The notes under the pieces are model-generated. The model did no database searches and had not been told where the DNA came from. It saw only the letters and a program-made list of their open reading frames with translations. A DNA stretch of 61,660 bases, the filler included, from Basidiobolus ranarum (Eukaryota): assembly GCA_040143965.1 (NCBI GenBank). It is 15 parts of 15 records of this genome, joined end to end, with 100 filler letters (N's around TTAATTAATTAA, not from the genome) between each part and the next. Parts side by side here need not be neighbours in the genome. Positions count along the whole stretch, not along the records: positions 1 to 4,028 come from JASJQH010002150.1; positions 4,129 to 8,154 come from JASJQH010002151.1; positions 8,255 to 12,280 come from JASJQH010002152.1; 12 more parts are not named here. One strand, written 5' to 3'. Shown here piece by piece: positions 1 to 12,380 of the stretch. Each line of letters starts with the position of its first letter. Within the stretch, counting starts at the first letter, position 1. A program made the translations under genes and the position numbers.

Positions 1-387
1 TATTGGCTTTGGAGCATGTATTGAAGACTACGTTCCCGCACGTAAATTCCCAAGAGCCAACCGCGCCTCTGTGATAGGATTACGTTTAGCTACAGTAGGA
101 GTTATGTATGGTTGTTACGAACTTAATACATGCGATATCGGCATCACTGAAACAGTCATGAAGCTTTGGACCGCTTAGATTATTAGCAATCCTTTGTGGG
201 GTTGCTTTCTGTCGCTGAATTTCAAGAGAGGATTTAATATGGATAGTCATTTTTCCTTCCTTAAAAACATATAGATTACTAGGAAAAGTTAACTTGTGTG
301 GTTTTTTATTTTTTATGCAATTAAAATCATATTTTATTGAAGTTGAATTCGAATTTGCTTTTCCTCCTTTTTCTTTCCTATATGGTA

Positions 388-1765
388 TCATTTTCGTTGG
401 AAAAAATGGGTGATCTTTTGGGTCTTTTTCTTGGGACTATCTTTGTCGGCTTCTTGCTTCATGTTCGATAAGTCTCGCTTGGATTGTTTCGTAAGGAGAT
501 CTGGCTCAGTCTTCGTAGTTTGTATAAATTTATCTTGATCAAGCTTGAACGTGGAATCTTCTTTAATAGCTTGCTTGAATTCCGGTTTACAATTTTCTTC
601 TTTTATTTGAACCGAGTTTTCCACCGGATCATTTAGTTTTTTAATGAAATTTTGAATATTCATCTTGCTTTCTTCCAGCTTTTCAATGCATCTTTTGGAA
701 TCGTTGGATACTTTGTTAACCTCTGATGAAACTTTGTACCTATTAAAAATACCCAAGGTTCGTTGGTGAACGTTTAAATCATGCATCTATTAAATTGAAG
801 ATGTTACCATGTAAGATCCTCTTCGTATGGCTTTAGTAAATCTTCGTAGTTTTGTCCCCATTTAGTCTCTGAATTCAACCAAAGCTGAGCTTCCGTGGAT
901 GTGAGAGAAGGGAAAATCACTGGCATTCGGTGATGTAAGAAAGACATAGGCTTTGAAGCATCTGTAGTAACGATTGCAAAAGTATAATGTTGTTCACCTA
1001 CAATTGAAGTGATAATAAGTCAAGTTAATAGTCTGAATAAGTACAAATTCAAAATATGTGCAGGATACATTACCAGTTTGATTAGTTTGAACTTCATAAA
1101 CTCCAGCCATAAGAACATAGGGGGAATTTTTTCTGAAGATATAGTAAGGCTGTCGATTACTTCCTTTTCTCTGCCACTCGTAAAAGCTATGGAAAAATAT
1201 CCAGTAAATATCTAGTTGCTTTTAATAGAGAACATATTGAAATAGAAAATAAATACCCTTGAGTTAGAACTATGCATCTTTTTTGCATCTTAAGCCCCTT
1301 GTTGTCGCTACGAATATTCGTAGGCTGGTGTTTCATCCAAGGTGAGGATAGACCCCATTTCTAAGTGACTATTTAGTATTCATTCGGTATAAAGATTTGG
1401 GAATCAATATTTCACGTACCATAGAAATCAGTACTGGTTCAAAGTTAGGGTTTTTCGGTGCATCGTTCCCTCGTTCCACATGTATAATTGGGCAATTATT
1501 GGAAGGTGCTACGTTGAAACTTTACTCAAAGTTCAATAACCGAATTGTTATACTCGAAAAAACGCGAAATTGTAAACCACAAAGTTTTAATACCTGGGTC
1601 GATACTGATCACGTCCTTGCCACCTCTGAATGTGAAATTCGTTTTGTAGAGTTTGAGGATCCTAGGAGATTGATAATAAAAGAATCCACATTTACTTCAT
1701 ATACTATGTGAATATCCTTCTTTTTAAGGCTCGCGTACCTGTGATAATACTATCCTTCCACACAT
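388..1765 (-). CDS. SRAP-domain (HMCES/YedK-like) abasic-site processing protein, multi-exon
   Basis: Spliced by hand across GT-AG introns. N-terminus is MCGRIVLSQ (ATG at 1765, exon 1 = 1765-1739). It continues through FNVAP, KWGL, RCIVLTQG/FYEW, LHHRMPVI and YKVSSEVNKVSN, then the last exon (ORF 388-786) ending in a PIP-like QKITHFF. The Cys2/Glu/His triad motifs of SRAP are present. Confidence 0.9.
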
Positions 1766-2121
1766 CTTCACTGGGTTTGATAGATTGTGGTATAAAAGCA
1801 AAGTTTATTATGTGCACGAATATATCTCCATGGATTTGAATAAATAAACAGATTTAAACAGGTATATGTGACTGCTAACTGGTCAATAATCACCGGCATC
1901 TCTATGCTAGTTGTAAGTTTCTTTAAAAAAGTATGTAAAGGCGCCGCAATCACGAACAATATTAAATCCAATTTCAATATCTATCCCACGCCGGAGTGGA
2001 ACATGTAAGAGTGACATCTGATGCCCAACGATGTACAACTAATCCACCAAGCCAAAGTGAAAACTCAAAGCGAGTATAGACACACAGCTAAATCAAAGCT
2101 TTCCAACATACTGCAGCATGT

Positions 2122-3521
2122 TTAGGAAGATACTAATTCATCTATCCCAAAAGTCTTCATATCAGGATCGAAAAAAACATACCAATAGTCATACCAACTT
2201 AAACCCAAAATCCATACTCCATCCGTTCCTTGAACACCAGAATAACACAGTTCTAGATTTCTGGTCAACCTTCGCACAGTCTGTAACGACCCCTCAGGAA
2301 TTGCGAATTGACGTCCAGAAAATACAAATGCTACCGCTGGGGTACTGCCCTCACATGGAATGTACCAACCGTCGTTCTCGACAAACTGGGCGCCAGGGAT
2401 GTTTTCATGTATTTGGTTGGCCAAATAACTATCGATTGATGTCAGTGCAGAGCCAGTATCCACCAGAATTAGATCTGCGGCATCTAAAGATACACCATCA
2501 AGAAGTATATCATCGAGCTGTAATTGCCAAGCATGATCGCCTCCAACAATAGGGATGTGATGGATTTCACCACTGTAATGATTTTCGTTCACGTGGCCGA
2601 ATGTTATTTCGGAGTTCTGTCTATTCTTTGGCAGGTACACAGCAAACTGGTGTGAGCAATCCGGGGCTGCCACGCTCAAAGTCTCAATGAAAGAAGTGAT
2701 TCCTATGGTAAATTGCATCTTAACTTGGAGTCTAATTAAAATATTAATAGTAAGATTTACCATTCACCGTCTCGGAATGAAAGCCCAGCCCTAATAGGCC
2801 ATCAATAGGCTCAGTCATATAATCTCGTGATATACTTGTGGCAAGAGCAATCTTCTGACTCTCTATGTTCAAGTTTCCGATGGACAGGCTTTCCTAAATC
2901 AGAGAATATCAATAGATGCACCATGCTATATTGACAGGGAGTGAGGACTCACAATAGCTTGAACTCCTTTGGCAAATGAACTATCTACGTATTCAATTTC
3001 CCAGGATTGACCATCAGGTACAAAGCTACTCGATTTATCTGGATAAAATAAGCGCGGTTTGGATTGGCAAAACTCATTTTCACATGGATTAGCATTGACC
3101 CAAATATCTGCAGATCCCGTGTCAATAAACAATCGAAGCACTTGTGGTGGTGTGCCAATCCCTACTTCTATGTAATACTAAATAAATCCTTTATATTTGG
3201 TTAGGATTTAGCTTGGGTAACGAGGTAACTTACTGCTCCTAATGCTCCAGCCTTGTAGTAGGTTACCGGACTACTTTCTATTCTTACGGGATGGTGCGAA
3301 TAGTCTACAAAAAGAGTTTAGCTATTGAAAAAAGAATCGCCAAGAAATCTCTTACATACCTGAGTTGTTAGTGCTCCAAGCTGGAACAGATATGAAGCTT
3401 GGTCTGAGGCGATGCATTGGTTAGTAGTCCCTATGTGAACTCCAAAAAAGAAGTGATCTTACTCTGGTGAGATGGTCATCACAGAAACGCTAAACCAGAC
3501 TATCAAGCAAACAGCAATCAT
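2122..3521 (-). CDS. Secreted pepsin-like (A1) aspartic protease, multi-exon
   Basis: Two catalytic motifs, FIDTGSADIW (ORF 2926-3141) and LVDTGSALT (ORF 2122-2763), plus DGLLGLGF and WILG. Putative signal peptide MIAVCLIVWFSVSV from ATG 3521. The 5' exon boundaries are approximate. Confidence 0.88.
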
Positions 3522-3962
3522 TGCGACGTTACTTTTTTTAGGCTAGCCTATATATAATAGGCCCCACAACACGCAATGCAAACAATACGTCAAGTGAATG
3601 CATTTGTCACCCATTTGAAGGTAATAATGAACTTACTATACGAAACAGTAGAGTGAGGTAAATATGAAACTTTCGATGCAATCAGATCCATTCAAGAATG
3701 AATGACATATGCTGAGTGATTAAGCTTATGTTGTTAGTGGAATGCCGTTGATAGCGGGCAAGCAAGCATGCAGCTAGGTAACAATTGATATACGAAAGTA
3801 GCATCTCATATGTGCTATCATTTGTTCCAGCAATCTCCTCGATTTGATACGTCTCCAAAGAGATCTGAAACGTTTGGTTTGGGAATATCCCTGAACTCTC
3901 TCTGCTATAAATTGTGTAGAATCAGCAGCAAGAAAATCATCCCACTCGTTTCCAACTTAATA

Positions 3963-4028
3963 ATGCACTTCACTAGACTCATCGTTCTTCTATTCACCCT
4001 TGCTTTGGCCACTTGCTATGCGGCATCT
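3963..4028 (+). CDS. N-terminus (signal peptide) of a secreted protein, truncated by the contig end
   Basis: MHFTRLIVLLFTLALATCYAAS runs into the N spacer. TATAAA at about 3907 upstream. Confidence 0.5.
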
Positions 4029-4128
4029 NNNNNNNNNNNNNNNNNNNNNNNNNNNNNNNNNNNNNNNNNNNNTTAATTAATTAANNNNNNNNNNNNNNNN
4101 NNNNNNNNNNNNNNNNNNNNNNNNNNNN
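4029..4128. other. Artificial contig-joining spacer (first of 14)
   Basis: N44-TTAATTAATTAA-N44, with stops in all six frames. Others start at 8155, 12281, 16405, 20526, 24646, 28765, 32884, 37000, 41115, 45228, 49338, 53447 and 57556. Confidence 0.99.
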
Positions 4129-4661
4129 CTAGCCTCTACTCGCCTATAGAAAGCATGCTTAAATTTGGTCACAACATACTCGACTGAAAGAAATCGAAGA
4201 GTTATCAATATTTTGTGTATTAGCTCTAGCAAGACAGTATGTTTATTCCTCTCGTTATACTACAATTGATAGAAAAGAGTCTGGTTGGTAAATCTGAATA
4301 TTCCTCCAAATATTGAACAAAAACCTCAACTATTCCAAAATTTATGATTTCTTAATTATTTGTAGAAAACAGTTTTAATTCACACTTTTATATTCAGTAG
4401 GTTTCAATTTCATTACTCTCACAATATTGAATGCCATAAGAGATGGTTTTCAACTTTAGTGTTGCAGCTATTCAGTTGGACCTTAAATATACATAACCAT
4501 TTATCTAGTAATCTCTATGATGTTGACGGAGGAATAGTTTGACTTACAAAAGTACCGTGAAAGTAAGAGAAGTGGAAGAATAAGACTTCCTTGCACGTGG
4601 CTTTTCACCCAAGTGTTCTAATGAAGGTGATGTAATGATATAGCATTTCCCAACATATGTT

Positions 4662-5537
4662 TTATAGATGTGAAGTGGTGACAATCAAATCTGCTTTCCA
4701 GGACAAAGTATTGGCCTGATTCTCGGTATCTTCAGAATCCACGATTTCGTCAACATGTACTCTGGACAAACAGCAATAATGAATATTGGGTAGAGCATAC
4801 TTATGAATTGTATAAAATAATAATGGTTTGATGACAGCGCCATGGGTTACGAATATTAATATAGTACGTGTAGATGAGTTATTTACTGACGGGAAAGCGG
4901 TGCTATTGGTATTACTAACAACTCTAGAAACAATCTTTTCAAAGGTTCCTTGTATTCTCCTACACATTTCACCAAAAGTTTCTGGGAAAGAGGCAAGTTC
5001 GGTCCTAGCTGGTTCGTATTCCCAATTAACTTTAAGTGGGAGTTCACCTAGTTCTTCTTTCTCTACCACTTCTTGGAAACCTTTTCGAAGTTCTGTTTTT
5101 CTAGTGGTTGCAATCTCTGATGTAGCTTGTTCAATAAATGCATAGTCACTAGACATCCATTCACCAACCCCTGGTTCTATGTTTAACGTGTATTTAACTG
5201 GAGGTAAACGTGAGGCCTTTTCATTGGAGTGTAACTTCCGATTTTGTTGGGTTAGTCCAGAAGCAATGCATAGAGCGGTCTGTACACAACGTATAAATGG
5301 AGAGGTGATGAAATGCACTTCAGTAGAGATATTTTCGCATGCGGTTTTTTCTGTAAAGCGATGCTCCACGTCGGCGAGGTGAACACCGGTAGCTTTTGCT
5401 TGTAAAAAGCCTTCCTTACTTAGAGGGGGATCGTAGGGAGTAGATGTAGTGTCTGTCCAAGTGGAATCAATATGATCTATACGTTCTCCATGTCGAGCAA
5501 AATAGCAAACCAAATTTGGTATTGAGTTTTGGGTCAT
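4662..5537 (-). CDS. Histidine phosphatase / phosphoglycerate mutase-family protein (Tfc7 N-domain/YOR283W-like)
   Basis: RHGERID, DPPLS, SPFIRCVQTA, EPGVGEW and FVTHG motifs in an intronless 291-aa ORF. Confidence 0.88.
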   Translation of the reverse strand: MTQNSIPNLVCYFARHGERIDHIDSTWTDTTSTPYDPPLSKEGFLQAKATGVHLADVEHRFTEKTACENISTEVHFITSPFIRCVQTALCIASGLTQQNRKLHSNEKASRLPPVKYTLNIEPGVGEWMSSDYAFIEQATSEIATTRKTELRKGFQEVVEKEELGELPLKVNWEYEPARTELASFPETFGEMCRRIQGTFEKIVSRVVSNTNSTAFPSVNNSSTRTILIFVTHGAVIKPLLFYTIHKYALPNIHYCCLSRVHVDEIVDSEDTENQANTLSWKADLIVTTSHL

Positions 5538-6653
5538 ATCACGTAGGTGCTATGATGCTTCAAATAGAATGTGAGGGGGGGGGGTGTAGTATTTGGAATC
5601 AACTTCCAGGGTCAGTATTTAACAATTCTTACCTAGAAGATTTCAAGATCTAAAATTCTACATTGAATGGTTTCTTCACATGGAACAAAAATCTGTACTA
5701 AGCTGTATTACATAAGAGTCCTCATGATCCTTTCGGTTAAATTTGGGGATACTCAGAAACTGGTGTATATATACTGTTAGATTCGAACGAAATCCTGGCG
5801 GCTAGAATGAATTGATTGGATGGATTTTATCTAGGCAGATTAATATTTTCGTTTGACCTAGTATAATGTTCCTTGACAAGAAGAAAGGAAGCAGATGATG
5901 CTTGATATTTCTATCAAATCTCCTAAAGAGAATTGAGAACAAGCAAATGAGTCAAATCCTGCAACGTATTTAGAGACTTGCATTCTGGATGATGACATTC
6001 ACACACTAGCTATCGTATAAAGTTAATGGTGAAGGTTTAGATACAGGCAATGATAACCATTTCTTCTCCATCTATTACAAAGTGTAGAACAGGAGATCAA
6101 TGAAAATATACCTTTGATAGAGAGAACATTCCTTTAGACAATTTTCTGCAGGAGTGTAAAGATTGCCTACCATGGGATGCATGAATGGCTGTGCGTACTC
6201 ATAAACAAAAGACGCAACAGCAAGGTTACCCAGTCGATGTAATGTATTTGTGCGCCAATTAGAAAAGGTAGATTTTATTCAAGGAGCAATGTAAACAACG
6301 TTTTTTCCTTTCAAAGGTGATTGTGATGTTATAAATTACTCACTAGTAGCCTACCAACTTGGCTAAGTGATCGTTGATGCAATGATTCCATTTCGTATGA
6401 GGGATGACATTGTCAAGTAAAAATCCAATAAATACATTGGTAATTGGAAAGATGATGATTATGAATGAGGGTGCTCAATGCGGGAATTGGTAGAGAAAGC
6501 TAAACTATGGTTAAATCTCATAAGAGTAAAGGCTACCTAACTCTTCCTTAAATACTCAACTCTCCCCAAACCAATAAATTACATACCGAACTCAAATGAG
6601 TACATGACAAGTGATTAGAAGGACCAATAATACAGAATATGAGTTATTTGACT

Positions 6654-8154
6654 CTAACCAAACATGACTCTCAAATATAAATATGTAATACAGCCTAGGA
6701 ATTTAAATGCTGATAAGCCAGCCATCGACCAGAATATAAAGTCAAGGTATGGCCTGGTACTAACGTAGTTTCCAGCAATACTTATGATCCAACCATTAAC
6801 AACATCCGATTGGAACGCAAGAATCAACACTACATTACTGAACATCCAAGTCAAAACTGTACGCGTACGGAATAGACGGTAGTAATCTTCCCGCTTTGTA
6901 GCAGCATCAGTTTGTTGCTTCTCTGGCTCAGGCTTAACCTGAAGGTCGGATAGTACATCAGCATACAGAGCGTTTACATCCTGTTTTTCAGTGGGAACTT
7001 CAACAGCGGCTACCTCAATACCTTGCTTATTGGTGAGAGAGGTGACATTGCCGAGATTTGCGGAAGCATTGTTGTCACCTTTGGTACCCCAAGACACATC
7101 ATGGGTATTGCAGAAAGCATAAACCATAAGGATGCATACATAGGACGGGAAGATAAACATATACTGAATGAACGAAGTAAACATATGCCACGGTTCGAAG
7201 TAAAGGAATGATGAAATGAAGTATAACCCGTAAGTAGAAGCAACGGCAATAAAGATGTTCACCGTCTCCTTGGTAAAGGGATGCTTCATTAGGTTGTTGT
7301 AGACATTGGGGTCCGAGAAGTAGATAGTCAAGTTAAAGCCAATGGTATACAGCATGATAGCCATCACAAATGCGAATAGATACACACATAACATGTAGAT
7401 GATTTTCGAACCTTGTGGACGATTTCCTAGTGAGAGTACGAATTGAACAATAATGCCTAACAGAAAGATCTCTCGCACAATCGGATATACGTATTTGGAT
7501 TGGCCGAAGAAAGGATCCGGTTCATTCTCATTCTGGGCTTTGACGTTTTCTTGGCCCATGAAGTAGAATGTAAGGTAGAAGTTACCAAGAGCAAACCATG
7601 AGAAGAACAAATTGATCACATTGTAAATGAACTGAAGCATGAATAACGATTTACGGTAAAGTCCATGATTTGTTCTCCACATTTGAAACCAATGTGCAGT
7701 GGCAAAGAAGGCAGCAAATAATGAACCGTTCAACCAGCGACGTCTTTGTGAAATAAACTCGGGCCAATTATCAGGTACGTCTGTTTCAGCTTTGGCCGAT
7801 TTCACGTACTTTAGTACCCATTTACAATTTTTTTTGGCACATAACTCAAAACACAGAATACGATCTTCAGCAAGATACATATTGGCCTCAAAGATACCAC
7901 CAGTGGCATCAGCTCCATGCATTGTCTCACCTTTAAAGTAAGAAGCAAGAGGTCCAACTCCAGGTGAAGTGTTTTTTAGAGCAGCATAACGGTAAGCAGA
8001 GAAAGCACCAGGAAGTACACTAATATATCCAAAAACGCTTTCTAATGGCTTATCCAGGATGTTGCTCATCTTGTATTCAAAGTTTTGTGCTGCTACTAAT
8101 GGATTCCAGAGCTTGGAACATCCAGAGCCTAACTCAACACAACTCTCACCACAA
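6654..8154 (-). CDS. chs: Chitin synthase (division 1, class I/II-like), 5' part missing
   Basis: QNFEYKMSNILDKPLES, VLPGAFSAYR, YLAEDRIL, QRRRW and HDVSWGTKG motifs, followed by C-terminal TM helices. The frame is open to the spacer at 8155. Confidence 0.95.
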
Positions 8155-8849
8155 NNNNNNNNNNNNNNNNNNNNNNNNNNNNNNNNNNNNNNNNNNNNTT
8201 AATTAATTAANNNNNNNNNNNNNNNNNNNNNNNNNNNNNNNNNNNNNNNNNNNNCCAGTGCTTATAGAAACCTTCTTGGAACCTTGGATTGTAGAATTTG
8301 AATGGTTATATAATGGGGTTCAGATGAGATCGGAAGAGCCCACAGCAGTCTATATCAAAAATTGATGCCCAACAAGAAAGTTACATTAATCTACTTCATT
8401 TAATGCTCAATATGAATCAAAACTCAATGTGGAACTTTTCAAGAACCTTGGTTGCAGAGCATGATGCCTAATTGCACCTCTAAATGCTCTATATTGTAAC
8501 CCAAAAGCAGTAAATGCACATTGCCTGGTTACTGTCAAGGATCTCAGGCCCAGAGACTGTTTGACACAGAAAGTTAAAAGTTAGTGAAATAAACCAATGA
8601 AACCTTTTTGCAAAAGCAAATTCTTCACCTCAAATCATTTATTTTGATCCGGAAAATCAAATCAGCTTTATTCAGCAAGTGTTTGATATAACTACATTTG
8701 TATCTGAGCTCACTTTCACCAGTTTTTTAGCCCCATCACATCAGAGGATCTAGAAGATGATCTAGTAGGAGAAATAAGCCGTGGATTTGGTGGAAAACTT
8801 CTAATAAAGATGCTTATGCTTATCAAACATTCTTGTCAAGCCACAAGCT

Positions 8850-10100
8850 CTAGCCCAAGCATAGGAGTTTCATGAAGCAAAAGTTTGGAAAACAATGTCT
8901 GATGAGTTTTCTTCACTTGCAGAGAGTAACATGCTACCATCATGGAGAAAGTCAAAAGGTTGCAAAAGGTTCTACAAAGTCAAAAACAATGCTGATATCA
9001 CCATCAAAAGGTACCTGGTAAGATTGGTTGCCTGTTGTTGTTCCCACACTCCAGGAGTTGATTTCAATCAAGTGCACTTAATCAGATGGAAATCAGCTAA
9101 TGAAACCTATTTCAGATGACTATCACAGTTAAACTAAGCTATATTTTTGGAATCCAAATCAAAAGTGATAAACCCAACAAGAAAATCATATTGTATCAGT
9201 CAAGATTTGTGCCAGACATTTTAAGACACTGCACCATGAATAATAGCAAGTCTGTATCAATATTGATAGATCCCAATGTGAAATTAGGCAAAACTGAATC
9301 TAATATGATCCACTATAACTCAAACCAAATCAGGAGTTCCACTGTTGGTCCATGTTGGGTAGTTCAATATATACAATGATTGGATAATATGACAATATTG
9401 CAGTGGGAGTGGGAATTTTCAATTAAAACCTCCAAAATCTAGGATCTGAGCCTAAAAATGCAGTTAAACATATACTCAGGGAATAGAGAGGGACTCTAGA
9501 ACTAGTACTGGGGTACTCTGGATACACTATGGACAGATTTTAAAGGCTTTGGTGATGCACACTAAGGACAAAACCTTCACAATGTAAGAACAACATCAGG
9601 ATACACTTTGCTCTGCAGTGATGAAGTTATAACTTGGAATAGCAAGAAGAAGCCAGCCTTAGGACTTTCCACTATAAAAGCAGAGTATAGGGCTGCCTCT
9701 GCTACTACAGAAGAAGCTAGGTGGCTCAGACTATTTTCCATGCTTATGGAGCCATACTTTTGAGTAGCATCAAGCAAGCAAGCAAACATAGCTCTTTTGA
9801 CTACAAAAGCAGAGTATAGGGCTGCCTTTGCTCCTACAGAAGAAGCTATGTGACTAATCAACTTCTTAACAGACTCAGGATACATGTAAAAATGTGTTAT
9901 TACTATATTTTGACATAATCAAAGTTGTATTTCATAAGCTACAAACCATAAATTACAAGCAAGATCAAAACATGTGGATACAAGGCATTTGTGTTAGAGA
10001 AGCAAGACATAATGAAACAATTGCACTTGCTAAATGCCATACAGAAGAAATGATTGCTGACAACTTAGCCAAACCTTTAGATAAAGCACAATTTGAATAA
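8850..10100 (+). mobile_element. Degenerate Ty1/copia pol (RT-RNase H) remnant
   Basis: Broken frames retain YKVRLVA..TPGVDF, IFGIQIK, WNSKKK..LST..AEY, KHVDTRHLCVRE and TEEMIADNLAKPL. Many stops and frameshifts. Confidence 0.85.
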
Positions 10101-10153
10101 TTATGAAATAAGCTTTGTTTGAGAGATATACAAAATAATTAGTTAGGTGGGAA

Positions 10154-10535
10154 AGTTGAAGTTAGGTAAATACAAATTCATTATTTAGTAGTAAGTTCAT
10201 TCATATTGTGTTTATTAAGCACCCAATTCTTTCATTCAAAAACATGTGTTTATTGATCTTATTGATAGAAAAATATGTGTTCATTGCTCCAATTGATAGA
10301 TATATCAATTAGATCACCTTTACCAATTATCTGTATTTTCTCAAACCTGAACAAATCATCTCAAATTTTGATCTATGCTTCACAAGCATATTTGTTACCA
10401 TGTATACTGTTGCAATAGTTTACTTTTGTAGTAACCTACCAGTAGGACAAATTTAATTCAACAAATCTCAAGTGTGAAATTCATAAATCTGAATTTTGTC
10501 CCAAACACTTCCAAATCCTCATAACACATTAGTCA
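10154..10535 (+). repeat. Copia LTR (~380 bp) preceded by a PPT and followed by a PBS
   Basis: Purine tract AGGTGGGAA, then (A)GTTGAAGTTAGGTAAAT...AGTCA. Alignable by eye to the LTRs at 36238-36589 and 11350-11700 (reverse). Confidence 0.8.
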
Positions 10536-10547
10536 GGTAATGAGCCC
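10536..10547 (+). promoter_or_regulatory. Primer-binding site, tRNAiMet anticodon-arm (half-tRNA) type, one mismatch
   Basis: GGTAATGAGCCC versus GGTTATGAGCCC, the complement of GGGCTCATAACC in the initiator tRNA anticodon arm. Confidence 0.75.
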
Positions 10548-10559
10548 TTTGCTAGCAGT

Positions 10560-11130
10560 CCATGGGTTGTTAACCAGTGTTATTACTAATTTTTTTTATC
10601 TACAGAGAAATTTGATCTTGATGTTTTCAAATTTAGAAGTTCAAGATGCAAATGGTGCTTCAAGGCAAGGATCTTAGTGGAATTGTTACAGGACAAGAAA
10701 TGGGATTAAAGAGAGCATCAGAAGCTTTCCTTGCCTTCCACAAGAAGCAGAGGAATACACTCACTACTCATTATATACATTACGGAGAATATCAACAGCG
10801 GCACATACACTCAGTCAAAAATGTTAAGAAAGCTTGGAAAACACTTGAGGGATTATATCAGACTACTAGCCAAGCAAATAGGATATTTCTTAAGCATAGA
10901 CTATACTCAATTCAGATGAATCAAGTCAAATACATGGCTAATGATACAAACTAAGTCAAAGCTATGGCAGATCTGCTCTCATCTATTGGAGCACCTGTAA
11001 ATGAAGATTACACAGTCACATTACTACTTTAGAGCCTGCCAGTCAAGTTCAAGAGCCTCATAATTTCATAGATGAAAGATCCAAGCTAGTAATAGTGCAA
11101 CATATTAGTGCTAGAGTTTGAATAAAGAAT
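10560..11130 (+). pseudogene. Degenerate copia gag (UBN2-like)
   Basis: FKMQMVLQGKDL..KKAWKTLEGLYQTTSQANRIFLKHRLYSIQM is homologous to the gag at 36621. It contains stops and frameshifts. Confidence 0.8.
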
Positions 11131-11349
11131 TCAGGAAATCCTGTTCTCAGCGGAACAATGCATGTTCAGGGACTAAATATCAAGTTATATACAGCAGACA
11201 CTATTATAGATCTGAGCAACTATGTATTAGCTACCTGGCTCAAGATTCAAAACTGATACAACCTAGAAGTCAACAAACTACATTTTCAGCATGCAGACCT
11301 GACCAAAGTTTATAATATAAATGGCTAATCATGGCATAAAAGATCAGGC

Positions 11350-12170
11350 TGATCAAAGTGTTCCATGATGTAGAAAGTGCTTTGGACAAGATTTAGACTT
11401 GTGAATTAGACACTTAAGTTGAATGAATTGAATATGTCCTATTTAAAGCTTACTGTGAAATAGTACTATTGGATGTGCTTAGAGCATAACATACATGCCT
11501 GTAAAGCATGGGTTAAAATCAGAGGTGATTTCCTAAGGTTTTGAGAAATAAGTGAGAATTTGTAAAAGTGATCCAATTTGTATTTCTAGTAATTAGAGCA
11601 ATACACACACATTTTTGAATGGCAGAACTGAGTGCTAAATAATCCCCTTATAAATTAACTAACTACTAAGTAATGTGATGCTATTTACTCAATTCTAACA
11701 TTCCCACTCAACTAACTATTATTAAGTTCTTTTAAACCTATATTATATCTTGAAAATTCAAGTTGTGCATTAGATCAAGATTGGGTTAAGATATCAGCAA
11801 TCATTTCTTCATCAGGCCAATTAAAAAGTTCAATTGTATAATTCTCTCTTGCTTCTCTAACAAAATGATGCATAATATCTATATGTTTTGCTTTAACATG
11901 AAATATAGGGGTTTTTTGCTAATGAAACACATCTTTGATTATTTTCAAATACTATAATAGCACGTTTTTCCTGTATCCTAAGGCTGTATTTAGCATTCTT
12001 AATTGCATAGTATTTTAGGTAGTAAAAGAGGCAGCCATATACTCTGCATTTATAGTGGAGAGTGCTATGGTTGGTTGCTTCCTACTATTCCAAGTTATGG
12101 CTCCATTACCATAGAGAAAAGTGTGCCCAGTTGCTGATTTTCTATTATCAAGGTTTCTTCCCCCATCTGG
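11350..12170 (-). mobile_element. 3' end of a second copia copy in inverted orientation (RNase H remnant, PPT, 3' LTR 11350-11700)
   Basis: The minus strand reads RKSATGHTF..ITWNSRKQPTIALSTINAEY..KAKHIDIMHHFVRE..EEMIADI. Then PPT AGTTGAGTGGGAA and LTR TGTTAGAATTG...TTTGATCA. Confidence 0.82.
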
Positions 12171-12380
12171 GGCAACAATGCGGTTAACTTACCTCATTAT
12201 ACTATTATTTTAAAATAAATTTATTATCTCTCATTATTATAAAAATAGGACTCTTTAGAATTTCTAAAATATATTTAGGANNNNNNNNNNNNNNNNNNNN
12301 NNNNNNNNNNNNNNNNNNNNNNNNTTAATTAATTAANNNNNNNNNNNNNNNNNNNNNNNNNNNNNNNNNNNNNNNNNNNN

